64,000 bases of DNA from Octopus vulgaris. Lineage: Eukaryota. The notes below the pieces were generated by a model. That model did no database searches. It saw only the letters and a list, made by a program, of their open reading frames with translations, and was not told the origin of the DNA. The stretch is from the NCBI GenBank assembly GCA_951406725.2, contig OX597820.1:30318001-30382000 (forward strand). Reading direction: 5' to 3'. Position 1 is the first letter of the stretch, and each line of letters begins with the position of its first letter. Made by a program: the position numbers and the translations under genes. Below are positions 1 through 13,396 of this stretch, piece by piece.

Positions 1-102
1 TTTATCTTGTTGTGGCAGTATCCCTACTGAGTTTATCTAAGTGGGTTTTTTTAGTTTTGTGTGGTTTTTGCTATTATTTTATAATAATTAGTTGTGTTAG
101 CC

Positions 103-1843
103 ATGGGTCCTAAGAAAGTTAGTACAAAGGGACAGTGCGGAGAAGAAAAAGCTAATTACAATAGAATTGAAGAAGGAAATCATTGACAAACATAAGAGGA
201 GTGTATGTAGTGGACATAGCACATCAATATGATCAAAGTACATCAACAATCTACACCATCCTGAAGAAAAAGGTCGAGATAAAGGCCATTACAACAGCAA
301 AGGTTGTTTTCAAGCTCTCTAAGAAATACACATCTGTCCACGAAGAGATGGAAAAATTACTTCTCCTGTGGATCAATGAGAAGCAACCTGTAGGAGATAC
401 AACTACAGAGACTATCATCTGCGAGAAAGCACAAGCACTACATGTGGATCTCCTGAAAAAGAACCCTGGAACATCAGCTGATGCATTTAAGACTAGTTAT
501 GGCTGGTTTGATAATTTCAAGGACTGGTGTTCATAATATCATCAGGTATGTAAAAGCAGCAAGTTCTGACACGAAGGCAGCTGAGGATTTCATGCGTGAA
601 TTCCATCAATTCATCACAGCCAAGGGGTACACCGCACAACAGGTATTCAAATGTAATGAAACTGGCCTTTTTGGGAAAAATGCCCCAAAGAAGCTATCTA
701 ACTGCAGAGGAGAAGAAAATGCTAGGCCATAAGTTTATGAAATATAGGCTAACTTTTGTCCTTTGCGCCAATGTGAGTGGAGACTTGAAGGATTAGGCTA
801 CTCCTCGTCTACCTTTTTGAAAACCCACAAGCATCCAAGTCACACAAAATCCTGAATGAGAAGCTGCAGGTCATGTGGAGGGCAAACATTAAATCCTGGC
901 TTGACCTTGTCTTCGGACTAGAAGTGAAAAAGTACCTTCAGGAGAATGATCTTCCTTTCAAGGCCCCTGTCATCCTCAACAATGCTCATGCTCCTAATCT
1001 CAAAGATGATATCCTGGACAAATTTAAATTCATAGAAGTTCTGTATCTTTCATGCAACACCACCCCTATCTTGCAGCCCATGGACCAGCAGGTGACTTTT
1101 AATTTTAAGAAATTGTACATCAAACACCTGTTTAGTCAGTGGTTTGAAGTCACTGAAAATACAAATTTTACCCTTCATGAGTTTTGGAAGGAATACTACA
1201 ACATTGTTAACTGCCTGAAAATCACTGATTATGGCCTGACAGGGTGTAACAAGGAGATCAATAAATTCTACATGGAAGAAATTGTGGCCTAACTGCGTAT
1301 CTGAGACTTCAAGGGGTTTGAGTATGAGAAACCTGTAATCAAGGAGATAGTGTCTCTTGGAAAGTCCATGGGCCTCAAGGTTGATGATGGAGACATTAAT
1401 GATCTTGTTGAGAAACACTGAAAGGAGCTGATGACAGATAAAGTCCTGCAGCTTCAGGAGCAGCAGCATTCAGATGCGGTGGAAGAAATTTGGTTCCCCG
1501 GGGGACAGTATAGTAGAGAAGGCTATCTTTATGAGTGACATAAAGGCAGTATCAGCAAAGTGACAGTATGTTTCTGAATTTGTAGAAAAAAATTCATCCT
1601 GAAAAAGTATCTACAAGTCGTACAGCTATTTTATCTAATGACACTGATCTGATGCATTTTCATAACATTTTGAAAGGCATGAAAAAGTAGATTTCTCTTG
1701 AGGTGTTTCAAATGAAGCAATCTGTAAGTGTGAAAAAGTGAAGAAAGTGTGTCCAAAAACCTAAATTAAGTGAAGTGAGAAAGAAAATGCCAGAAATTGT
1801 TCTTCTTGAAGTCTTAATGGAAGGAAATTCTCCTTCCAAATAG
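103..1843 (+). pseudogene. Degraded Tigger/pogo-family (TIGD1-like) DDE transposase
   Basis: The ATG at 103 reads MGPKKVS. Frameshifted fragments give a CENP-B HTH (EEMEKLLLLWINEKQ, IICEKA, GWFDNFK) and DDE_1 motifs (QVFKCNETGLF, ILNNAHA, TTPILQPMDQQV). It ends in a Tigger-type tail (EGNSPSK*). Many stops and frameshifts. Confidence 0.9.
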
Positions 1844-1893
1844 TAATCCTCCTCCCCCATTCCACAGTCTTCCTCACACACAAATCAGCCCCT

Positions 1894-2175
1894 CATCATC
1901 ATTGTTTAACGTCCGCTTTCCTTGCTAGCATGGGTTGGACGATTTGACTGAGGACTGGCGAACCAGATGGCTGCAAGCTTCTTACCACACAGCCGCTCCT
2001 ATCAGCATCATTTAATGTCCATTTCCCATTCTGGTATGGACTGGAGAGTTTGACAGGAGCCGATAAGTTTGAGAACTGCACCAGACTGTTTGTTTTGACA
2101 TGGTTTTTATGGCTCCTAACACCAACCACTTTGCAGAGTGTATTGGGTGCATTTTACATGGCACCAGCACAGGTG
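1894..2175 (-). mobile_element. RTE-related SINE/LINE 3' fragments with (GAT)n tail
   Basis: catcatcattgtttaacgtccgctttccttgctagcatgggttggacg is the same family as the copies at 11478, 12790, 42130 and 46381. Confidence 0.7.
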
Positions 2176-2214
2176 CTTCATATACACACACACACACACA
2201 TACGAGCAAAACGC

Positions 2215-2572
2215 TACCCATCCAATGGACGGTGCTGAGTTGTCAAACATTTAAACCAAATTTTCTCAAAACAACTTGTCTGACCGTCCCATAGACCTCC
2301 CCTTTGAGAAACACTGATTTAACCTAAATTTGAGACACCAGCAAAAGAAGAAATAACGATAGACTTTTTTTCTATTCCAAAGAGAAACGATTTCCCACAG
2401 CTTTATCGATGGCATTCTCACCTGGAATCGATTTTTGTAATTTTTTCAAGACTTATACATGCCCGGATACCGTCAGTATCTACATATCAAATTTGAGTGC
2501 AATCGGATGGAGGATGCCCGAGATCCAAGAAGACACACACTCAGACAGGCAGAACAGATTTTATATAAGAGA
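2215..2572 (-). mobile_element. Non-autonomous Helitron-like fragment
   Basis: The minus strand begins A|TCTCTTATATAAAATCTG, like the Helitron 5' ends at 19510 and 20962. No CTAG 3' end is seen and the left boundary is approximate. Confidence 0.5.
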
Positions 2573-4107
2573 TAAAATAATAGTGTTTGGTTCAATGAAA
2601 GAACACTGTCCAGCAACAAGACTGACAAAGAGCTTATATCACTTCAACTTCTTTCCCTTAAGTCTCAGCATGGCTACATTTTGAGATATTAAGCTTCTGT
2701 TTTAAAATCAAACTTTGAACTTTAAATAACAGAACCCAATATATATATATATATTTTACCAAAACAAAATTCCCAAAATATCCACCAACATGTACCAGAT
2801 AAACAATCTGGCTGCTGAGATTCATTAATTCACAATTTTAGATACCAACACATCATTTTGGTTAATCTTATTAAAAGAAATTTCATAATTTATTTGCTTT
2901 ATTTTTCCTGTTATTGAAATGCCAGCATTTGAACAATTTTCAATAATTCATCTCATAAATGATCAAATAAAATATGGTTGTATTGTACCTAGAATAATTT
3001 CTATTATTTACTTCAAAATAAACAAAAAAGAAAGAATCCCAGTATGTTGATTAAATTCTATTCAATACTCCAAAAGAACAGAACTCTTAAGAATCTAGTG
3101 TGGCCAAAAACCGTAATTTCTTTTTGGATATCTACTTTTTAAGTATTGTAGATTGCGAATCAGCAAAAAAAAAAAAAACGAAGTGGTGTAGGTGAGGGAA
3201 TGTTTCCCTTCTTTACCGTAATTTCTCATTTCTGACCTTTTGTCAATTTTATTCTTCAGGTTTATATCACGCATATTTTTGAAGAATAATAAATCTCAGA
3301 TGTTTAAAGTATAATCTGAGTAAGGGTGTGAGCGTGTGTATACGACCACAATTTATGATGCTTAAAATATACACATCCGAAGAAATCACGGCTTTTGACG
3401 CACAAGATCATTCCAATTATAATCTTCAAGAACACTTGTCCCATTCCAAAAAAAAAAAAATGCTGATACCGAAATGCGGTAAAGTACCTAAGAAAAAACA
3501 AAACAAAACAGAACAGAATAGGCAACAATTTCCAAAACTTATTTTGAGGATACCATACGTCTAATTGATAGGAAACTGCCACACCCTAATTTCAATAAAA
3601 CATTTAATTAATAAAACCTGTTTAAGAGAAAAATAAATTTATTCCTATGGGAAAAAAAAAGAAAAACAAAACAAAAACAACACCACTACGTTTTCGTTTG
3701 AATATGGTAATTAGCAGTTGTTTTATAAAGTAAGAATTTTAATTAAAAGACACCTTATGTATATCGAGAATGACCAGAATTCTGTTCATGGAACCAACCC
3801 AGTTGGAGAAAATCAGTCTAAGACAAATGAGCCGGTCGCAGCACGACGCTAAGAAAAAATTCTTCCGCCGGCCGCCAAAGAAAATATATAAAAAAATTAA
3901 AACCCATCTGAATAAAAGGCCTGACTAATCCAACCAAAATTCATATAGATTTCCCCGATTTCTTTAATTTTTAGCATTTTCAGCTAATTTCCTTTGTGTA
4001 AGAATAAACAGACGTCGTTAAAACACTGAATAGACTAATAAACATTGATATACATATGTGTTAATAAAACTGACATACATATATGTAGATATAGATGTAT
4101 ATATAAT

Positions 4108-4400
4108 ACTTACAAATCAATATAAGTGCGAATATATATATGGCAGATGTCCTAATAAGGTCGGATTCAGTCTGCGAGAACAAACTAAGACCTCACCGCA
4201 CAACTTCCTGATCTTAAAAAGTGTTTATAAACAACAAAATCACGAAGTAAACACCATCAATGGCTTTGTGATGCCAATTACTACAGATCTCGACAGAAGT
4301 CTTATCTCACATATGATAACCTTGTCATAAAAGAGGAAGCGTTGGAGAATAGCTATGAAAATAAAGGCAAAAATATATATGAGGGGAACTAACTCTTTCT
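4108..4400 (-). promoter_or_regulatory. Conserved ZF promoter/non-coding first-exon module, copy A (no ZF exon in window)
   Basis: Minus-strand donor TTT|GTAAGT (plus acttac 4108-4113). Shared blocks gatgtcct, agtctgcgaga, caacaaaatcacgaag. Motif ggggaactaactct at 4383-4396. Confidence 0.7.
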
Positions 4401-5181
4401 TTATGTAATAGAGAGAGAGTAGGAGGAGTGTAGACAATAGAGATATTTGGCAAAATCAGATTAAAATAGTCATTGAGTTTTCCTCTCCTCACCGCATAAG
4501 TATTAATATTAATTAGATTCTCCGCCTCACAACATTAAAATGCGAGCCTTCCACTTGGTTTATGAGATTTGTTTTACTTTAATGGAATATCAATTTGTTT
4601 ATTATTGGAGTATTTTTTTAATGATTTAATACATAATATTCCTTTCATATTGAAATTGTCCTTTCCTTTCTTCACCAGATAAGTATTGATAATTAATTCG
4701 ATTCCACCCCCTCACTCATTACATTAAGCAGCAGGTATGACAGAGTATTAATTCGCTCATTGAATATTTTACATTTACATTTTATGAGTGGGGCTGTTCA
4801 ATATTTTTAGCAATAAAGTTTATATAAAGGTTGAAAAAAATAAGGCTAATTATTCTGTTTCTTACAATAGCCAAAGTTTAAATAAAAGGATTTTTTCATT
4901 TCTTTTCTCAGTCATTTTCTCACTTCTAAACCCAATCACTACTTAACTATATCAATCTCTGCATTTGTTAAGCCTTTTGACCCTCTGCTTTGCTTCATTG
5001 CAAAACTCTCCAACACAGAATCACATCCTACACTACATCAACCGTATTTGACCCAATGGCATTTGAACTCAGTGACTGGTTAGAGTTCTATGAGTTTCAT
5101 ACCACTTATACCTGGTATCAAATATTTCACTTTTGAGCCATCAAAAACAGTTAGGTGGGTGACTGAAACTATCCTTTAGGA

Positions 5182-5469
5182 CAGTGGTCCCTGACCATTG
5201 GGCTGCAGACCAGTGCCAGACCATGGATCACTTGGTACCAAAGTGCACAGAAAGAATAAATTTTCCAATTTTTATTTCTATTTTATTGACTATCACAACC
5301 TTCAGGGTGTTTTATTTTTAAAAATTACCACTTCCACTCCCATCTATACCTCTTGCCTACACTTGTCTTAAGTTACATAATTTTTTCTTATGCACATGAT
5401 ATCCTTGTCTGTGGAAAAATAGTCTTGCATGGAACAGGTCAATAGTGCAAAAAAGGTTAGGGATTGCTG
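5182..5469. mobile_element. hAT/Charlie-like MITE
   Basis: Termini cagtggtccctgacc ... ggttagggattgctg, with an imperfect 8 bp TSD (ctttagga/ctttaagg). Confidence 0.65.
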
Positions 5470-5569
5470 CTTTAAGGTATACCCAGTCACATCCTATATA
5501 CAATAAAATCTCAAAGTCCCAAGCCTACATAATGGTTTACTCTTAGCTTTGCTATAACTGTTTGTCATG

Positions 5570-5872
5570 AATGACCATAGGATTACACCTAGAAAGTTTC
5601 CCTCTGAAGCACAAATCTGAACAAGGCTATTTATAACCAGCAACCACCCATGCCTCTCCTCTCCACACCACCAATGTTATTGAAGGGAAAAGCAAAGGCT
5701 GATACAACTTGGCACCAGCAACATCACAATTCATTTACACAGCTGAGTGAATTGGAGCAATGTGAAACAAAGTGTCTTGCTCAAGAACACAATACATAGC
5801 CCAGTCCAGGAATCAAACTCACTACCTTATGATTGTGAACCCGACACTCTAACCACTGAACCATGTGCCTTC
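5570..5872 (-). mobile_element. tRNA-derived SINE (third family)
   Basis: The minus strand has a tRNA-like head (cagtggttagagtgtc...gagtttgattcc) then cttgagcaagacactttgtttcacattgctcc. Homologous pieces lie at ~21630-21880 and ~31945-32146. Confidence 0.65.
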
Positions 5873-6024
5873 ACTGCTGGGTGAATGTTTCTTCAGTGGG
5901 AGCCCTTACAACCACTCTGAATGCAGGGCTTCACTTTCACCAAGCATTTCTCCTGGAGGCAGCACATCCTTAGCACAGCATGGACTATATCCCCAAAAGA
6001 CTGGTTCTTTACACAAAAACGTTC

Positions 6025-6600
6025 ATAGGGTGGTCCTTTCACCCAGTCTAGTTATTTGTTAAGTATATTTTGTTTCCTCATAACTTCCAGAAAAATTGGT
6101 ATTTTTAAATGAAATTTTCTACAAATACCTTTCAGAATGAGTAGATTACGATTATATCATAATTTGGTGTAAAAAGAAAAATGGTAAGCACGTACATATT
6201 TTTTTCCTCAATTTCAAGTTTTATTTTGTATATGACGTGTCAGTTTGCATGTGTGAGAACTCCGTTTTTTTTTCTTTTTCGTGTTTCATATTACATCCCC
6301 GTATAATAGTAATCTACACACTCTGAAAGGTATTTGTAGAAATAATTTTCATGAAAAAATATCCATTTTTCTGAGTTATGTGGAGACAAAGCCGACTAGT
6401 GAATTTTTCGGGTACTCCGCTCCCCATTCACGGAAAAAAGTTTTTCACAACAAATTCCGATATAATCGAAAGCTACATCATCCGAAATGTATTTGTAAAA
6501 AAAATTCATTAAAAAAATAGCCCTTTCTCTGGAAGTATGCAACATTTACAAATTGACAATTCATTCCGAAAAATGAACAGAAACATTGTTTGAAAGTCTA
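6025..6600. mobile_element. DNA-transposon-derived relic with internal inverted sub-repeats
   Basis: Repeated cctcataactt and gaaattttctacaaatacctttcaga motifs occur in both orientations. The same motifs recur at 47060-47330. Confidence 0.5.
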
Positions 6601-7585
6601 CGAAAGAAATACTTTTGTTTATTTTTGAAGAAATACCTAATTTTTTACTATGCTGGTTACCTTCATAAACTAAACTATTCCGTTGAGAAATGAAAGCTGA
6701 AGTCTATAAAAATGACATTAAATTACCTATTTTTAGCGGAGAATTGGCAGTTAGAGCGTAGGATCGAAAGCTTCACGATGTTTGTTCCGACTCTCAAGAT
6801 TCTAAGTTCAAATCCCGCCGAGGTCAACTGTCTTTCATCCTTTCGGAGTCAATCATAATAAAGTACCAATCCAAGGTGGTGGATTAGTAAAACTAAAAAA
6901 GGTGGGTCCGGATACCTTGCGGTATTGTTCAGGTTCTTTGCATTCTGATTTCAAATCCTGCTATGACAGACTTAACCCGTCGCCCGGTTTAATACCACCA
7001 TTTGGCACCTTGGTTGTCTTTAGGAGATCCACTTTGTAGCAAGTATTCGGACCAGGCCTCTGCTTTGAGATCCTCTACTCCTACCTCCCTCTCTCCTACC
7101 AATCGCAGAGACCCTGTAACGCATCAGGGGCACTGTCTTTCTTCCTGACTAAAAAAAAGATAAAACAAAAAGAATTTAATTATTCGTTTCGCTTGCCCAG
7201 GAAATATAAAAATGTTCACTGAATAATTAACATCATAATAGAAAATCGAAATATAAACTGAGACTGAGACAAGTATCAAAGAATGAATGATGGCACTAAA
7301 AGACAGGCAAGCCGGTCAATGGACAGCGTCAAGTAAAATTCTTCCGCCGGTCGCTGCACAACATCAAGAAAAAAATTCTTCCGCCGCACCCCTCCCCCCA
7401 AAAGAGAGAAAGAAAACTCATCTTATATTCCTAACTAATCCAACTAAACAAAAGCTTTAATTTCAGATAAAATTTGCTCTTTATTTATTTATTCTCTTTC
7501 GTTTAACTTCTTTGTGAAATGCAACTTGTAAAACGAAACATAGTTACACTATTAAATGGACTATAAGCATTGATATATTAATCAT

Positions 7586-7860
7586 ACTTACAAATCAATA
7601 TACACCGAATAGGAAATGTGGCAGATGTCCTCGTATGATCAGTCTGCGAGAGCAAGCAAACTAAGTCTCATCACACACAACTTTGTGATCTTGAATATTT
7701 TTAGAGTCAACAAAATCATAAAGTAAACATCAATGCGTTTGAGATAAAAAAAAATTACTACATATCTCCACACAAGTTTTTACCTCACTTATGACAAACC
7801 TTGTATTTAATGAATGACGGAGAACGTCTACAAGACTGGTCAGGGGAACTAACTCTTTGT
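7586..7860 (-). promoter_or_regulatory. Conserved ZF promoter/non-coding first-exon module, copy B (orphan or alternative promoter)
   Basis: Donor acttac at 7586-7591, colinear with copy A. Motif ggggaactaactct at 7843-7856. Confidence 0.7.
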
Positions 7861-8264
7861 TTATGTAATATATATAGAGAGAGAGTAAGCGTATGTGTGA
7901 GAGTGAGAGGGATACAAATAGAGAGGGGTGGAATTAATACGTGTATATGGGAGGGAGTCAAAGATACACAGATAGAGAGGAAGAGGAGAAAATACGTGTA
8001 TGAGATTGTGAATGGTTCTTTCTCCGAAATAAAGCACTGTTAATCTTTAACGTGGAATTAACGGATGCTCGGTGTTTCTCGAACTTTTAAACTCTTGCTC
8101 CTTTACTTACACTAACATTTTTTCAACGTACCCCCTTCTTACAGTTGCACGAAAAACACGCTACAAAATTTGCTCTTGATAAGTTGGTTACCATTTGAAG
8201 TCTATTTACACATAAGTCACTTCATCAACATATGGAATGTCAAAACATCATTTCGACCAATATT

Positions 8265-8462
8265 ATTTCTAATATAGGCACAAGGCCTGAAATTTGGGGG
8301 ACGGGTAGTCGATTACATCGACACCAGTACTTATTTTATCGACACCGAAAGGATGAAAGGCAAAGTCCACCTCGGCAGAATTTGAACTCAGAAAGTAAAG
8401 ATGAATGAAATGCCGCTAAGCAGTTTGCCTGGCATACTAACGGTTCTGTCAACTCGCCGCCT
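8265..8462 (-). mobile_element. tRNA-derived SINE (Meta-domain-like family)
   Basis: Reverse complement of ggcggcgag...ctgagttcaaatt...gactttgcctttcatcctttcgg. Other copies lie at ~6735, 8878, 25822, 27690, 28551, 40724, 41805, 46910 and 52258. Confidence 0.75.
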
Positions 8463-8475
8463 TATTTCGACTATT

Positions 8476-8865
8476 GGCGATCTTTCATCTCTAGTCGATT
8501 TCCGTAAAAAAATTTATTTTTTTTTACATATGGGCTTGCGGGAACTTTTGAAGTAATGAGAGCGAAAGAGACTAAGAGAAAGCGATTGTATGACGAGGGA
8601 AATTCTTTTGAAGTTACCGTGCATGTGAAGCATTGATGTACATGTGTGTGTGTGTGTGTGTGTTTGATGGGGTGTGGGAGACAGACAGTATGTTGTGTAA
8701 GTGAAGTGCTTCTGTTAGTGTGTGTGAAAGAAAGAGATAACTGAAATTTTTTACTCGGTGTATGTATATTACTTCAAAAGTTCCCGCAAGCCCATATGTA
8801 AAAAAAAAAAAATAAATTTTTTTACGGAAATCGACGGAAAGGTCTACTAGAGACGAAAGATCGCC
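8476..8865. mobile_element. MITE with GG...CC termini and 8 bp TSD (Merlin-like)
   Basis: TIRs of about 80-95 bp (ggcgatctttc...gaaagatcgcc). Exact TSD cgactatt at 8468-8475 and 8866-8873. Confidence 0.85.
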
Positions 8866-9249
8866 CGACTATTAATATTGGTTCCAAATTTTGACACAAA
8901 GCGAGCAATTTCAGGGGAGGGAGTAAGTCGATTACCGACCCCAGTACTCAAATGGTACTTATTTTATCAACCCCGAAAGGATAAAAGATAAAGTTGACCT
9001 CGGCAGAATTTGAACTCAGAACAGGAAAACGGATGAAATGCTGCTAAGCATTTCGCCCAGCATGCTAACAGTTCAGCCAGACTGCTGCCTTAAAATTTCA
9101 ATCACTAATATTACCAAATGACTTGTTCATAGAGTAAAAATTTTAAATATTTTTGGAAACTGTATCTATTCCTCTCCATCCCTTTATGCCCAACTCCCAT
9201 ATAGTATTTTCTCACAAGGCAAGAAACAAAAGTATAAATTATTCTGAGT

Positions 9250-9945
9250 GGGTAACAGCAAAAGGATGAGTAGCTTTGGTAGTGCTAACAAAGAAATGAA
9301 TGGATAATGTAATCAAGGTAGACAAATTATGCATTAGACTTAGGTTAGTCTTATTCAAAAGAGCAAGAACAGTTTCAACAGTTAGTCTCTGCATCACACC
9401 ACAAACAGGGCTGGCAGATGAGCATTTTTATGAACCATGTACAACGGTGCTAAAGTGCTGGTAGGAAACCACCAGGGCTTACTTCTCAGCCCCTTCCATT
9501 TATCATTGTTAAGGCCTGGAAGCCTTAACAAAAGTCTCATGACCTAGAGGTTAGGACACTTTTGTTATGGCCTGGATGAATTTAACTAACTGAATTTGTA
9601 GTAGAACTGGAAAATTTCCATTCATAGAAGTAAAACCTAGAATGGAAAGCCCTAGACAAATACAGAGGACTTTGCTACCATCAAAGAAATGGCTGTCCTC
9701 AATATGCAGGAAAGGAGTAGGCAGGAATTCCATAGTGACCCCTATCAAAACTAAAGACATACAAGATGTATAGTGGAATCACGAGCTGGCTAATTAGGGA
9801 GGTAGACTTTGTATGAGGCAGATTCTCAGAAGCTGTAAGCATTAAGAGCAGGCATAAAATAGATTCTTATAATTCCCAAAAAGTGGTTGATAGTTTCTGT
9901 TGCCTAATTTGTAATGGAGGTAAGTGCTCTGAAAACATAGTACCA
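9250..9945 (+). mobile_element. Highly decayed RTE-type LINE fragment
   Basis: Remnants resembling HQGSVLSPLLFIIV (~9470), VVDSFC.L and GG.CSE.IV (~9885-9940). Confidence 0.55.
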
Positions 9946-10861
9946 ACCAACCAACTAACTAACCACTGTGACTACCACTACCACTACACAGCACTAATAG
10001 TTAAGGTCTATCGTATTTGCCACCTTACCAACTCTGTTCTATTCAACGTCTATCTACACACTCAAAAAATTCTCTGCTTTTCTCTCTCCAACTTCATTTG
10101 TTCCTCAGTTCTTTAGTTCAGTTAATACACCTATGTATATAAAATAAACTTACAAATGTAAAGGATGTGGACCACAAAAGCTGTATGCAAACAACTCATA
10201 TACAGAATATTAATTTGATACACAATAAAGGGCTCTCTTTAATCATGTTATAGACAACTTCTCTAACACTAGTGGCTAGCAAAATGTAACTGGTCTACAG
10301 TGTAAAGTGGTTGTGATAGGAAGTGCATTCAGCCATAAAAACCAAGGCAGAGATGCAGGGATGTTTGTCCAACCCATACTAGTGTGAGAAAACAAATATA
10401 AAATGTTGATGACAATAAATCTAATTACTTTTATCACGCAGTGCTGTATCAATTAAACCAAATATAAGAGAATTAACCCTTCTTTTATTCTAGCATTAGA
10501 ATTGCTGTTTATAACTTGACATCAATTTGACATATGATACATGTTAGAATTACTTGCAAAAAACAGAAATGTTTCCCACTGTTCTAACTTCTAGACTGCT
10601 TTATCACAGACTTAATTGTGACAGAAAATCCAACAATTTTGCTAATTAATGTGTAATGAAAAATCAAAGACATAAAAAATAACAGATTCTCATACAAATT
10701 ATTTTATCGACATTTTACATGATTAAGGAGCTTGTTTCACATTTTAGTCCCACTGCACAGCACTCTTGGAAAGTATCTTTTTCTATAGCCTAATGTATGA
10801 ATATATAGATGAGTTTGTGTATATGGGCACATTGTCCATATACCCAAATGCACACACACAC

Positions 10862-10893
<32 letters not shown>

Positions 10894-11477
10894 ACTAGTA
10901 TATTTATGTGCATGTGTGTGTCTTTCTCTTTCCTTCACCATGGCTGTTTATGATTCTCCTGATTAATATCCAAATATAAACACTTCATCTTACTGTGGTT
11001 TTTGAATTATAAATTTTTTTCTCCATCTGACGAATTTCTAATAGGAAATTCCTCACATGTCTATCTAACATGTAAATCTTTGTAATTACTATTTAGCAAA
11101 TGAAACACATGTAATAGAGAATAAATAATACAAAAAAAATGTCCACTTTCCTGTTTTGTTATAGTCTTAAATTGAAATAAAAACTGAGCAGACAAGGATG
11201 ATGGGGGAAAATGTCATAAGAGCTATACCTATTTTTTAGTGGTAAACTTAATTCAGCACAACATTTAACATAACCACCTAGCTCTTACATGCTTTTAGCA
11301 GAATCCACTTTGTTGCAAATATTTTCTGGTCTAAGGATAACTTGCTATCTTGCTATACTGCTTCCTATTGCAACAAAATAAAACTTGTAGTGTATTCTCT
11401 TTCTCTAATAAGTCTTAGCAGATCTGTGAAAAGTCATGGGTGCAGCTTTTCATTCTTGGACTAAGCCACAACAAAAT

Positions 11478-13056
11478 CATCATCATTTAACATCCGCTTT
11501 TCATGCTAGCATGGGTTGGACAATTTGACTGAGGTGTGGCAAACCAGATGGCTGCACCAGACTCCAATCTGATCTGGCAGAGTTTCTACAGCTGGATGAC
11601 CTTCCTAACGCCAACCACTCTGAAAGTGTAGTGGGTGCTTTTACGTGCCAGTCAGATGGTACTGGCAACGGCCATGCTCAAATGGTGCTTTTTATGTGCC
11701 ACCTGCACAGGAACCAGTTCAGCGGCACTGGCAACAACCTCGCTCGAATGTTTTTTCACGTGCCACCAGCACAAGTGCTAGTAAGGCAACGCAGGTAACG
11801 ATCACGCTCGAATGGTGTTTTTAACATGCCATCAGCACGGAGGCCAGCTTGTTGCTCTGGCAATGATCTCACTCGTATGGTACTCTTAGCGCTCCACTAG
11901 CACAGATACCAGTCACCGAATTTGATTTCAATTTCACTTGCCTCAACAGGTCTTCGCAAGCAGAGTTTAAGTGTCCAATGAAGGAAAGGCACACATAAGT
12001 GGACTGGTTACACCCCTACCATAGGCCACAAGGTTATGGACTCACTTGCTGAGTCTTCTCAAGCACTGCATATTTCCAGAGGTCCCGGTTTGTAAATTTT
12101 GTCACCAGTTTGGGTTTTTTGCAGTTGTATAAGATAGTGTTGGGAGCTTATTTTGCCAAGGATCATCATCATCGTTTAACGGCTGTTTTTCCATGTGGAC
12201 ATGAGTTGGTCAGCTTGACAGGAGCTGGCCAGCCAGAAAACTATCCAGACTCCAATTGTCTGTTTTAGCATGGTTTCTATGGCTGGATGCCCTTCCTAAT
12301 ACCAACCACTTCACAGAGAGTTCTAGGTGCTTTTTATGTGCCACCAGATGAGTGCATTTATGTAGCACTGGCATGAGTGCATTTTATGTAGCACCAGCAC
12401 CTGCAAGACAAAGGGTTCTCAGCTGGGAGACAGAGTGGGGGCATGGCCATAAAGGATATACCTTTATGTATGGATGGCTATAATTTTACTTAGCTTGACG
12501 TGTCTTCTCAAGTACAGCAAATTGCCACAAGTTCCAGTCCCTTGTCATCTCTGCCATATGGCCCAGTGTCTGAAGATCCTTTCTCATCACTTCATCCCTC
12601 ATCTTCCACAGGTTCCCTCCATAGTTAGAGATTGGGTTCCCACCACAATTAGAGATTGAGGTCTCTCACATAGTAAAAGACAATCAGTGTAAATAAATCA
12701 AATGATTACTCAAAGAGAGTGTTTACCAATAGTTGTCACATAAATTTGAATTTTTTCCAGTGTAAATACATTTATAAAGAAATTTAGTCATGGACTGGCT
12801 CCTGTGCAGGTGGCACGTAAAAAACACCATTTGAGCATGACTGTTGCCAGTACCACCTGACTGGCCCTCATGCCGGTGGCATGTAAAAGCACCCACTACA
12901 CTCTTGGAGTGGTTGGCGTTAGGAAGGGCATCCAACTGTAGAAACTCTTCTAGATCAGATTGGAGCCTGGTGCAGCCATCTGGTTCACCAGCCTTCAGTC
13001 AAATCATCCAACCCATGCTAGCATGGAAAGAGGACATTAAAGGATGATGATGATGA
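11478..13056. mobile_element. Cluster of RTE-related retroelement copies in both orientations
   Basis: (CAT)n/(GAT)n tails at 11478, 12165 and 13045. Shared core gcatccagctgtagaaac...cccatgctagcatggaaa. Confidence 0.75.
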
Positions 13057-13396
13057 GATTTAATGGAAATAAGGTTTCTATCCTGACTGAGTATATCTGT
13101 GTAAGATGTTTCTTTTAGACAATGATTTACAATGGTTCATAAGGGCATGGTTTTTATTGTGTTAAAAATGTTTATGGCAAAATAATCAACTAATTTAAAC
13201 AGTGGTGGTGCCCCAGCATGGCCACGGCCTTCAGGCTAAAACATTTTTAAGGATTTAATTTGGGATAATAGTTTGTCACAGGTTATCAATAGTAATATGA
13301 TTTCTCTCCAATGCAAATATTTATATAGCAAAAATGAAATAGCTACTTTAAGGGAAAAAGTACATGTAAATTTTTTTAACTATCTTTTGGTAGAAA

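Noticed and set aside
4114-4330. Cassette as a C/D-box snoRNA or U1-like RNA
   Set aside because: No box C/D pair is conserved across the six copies. ATACTTAC is simply the complement of a splice donor.
6735-6970. tRNA-like A/B box sequences (also at SINE heads such as 34517)
   Set aside because: They continue into SINE bodies and do not form a full cloverleaf.
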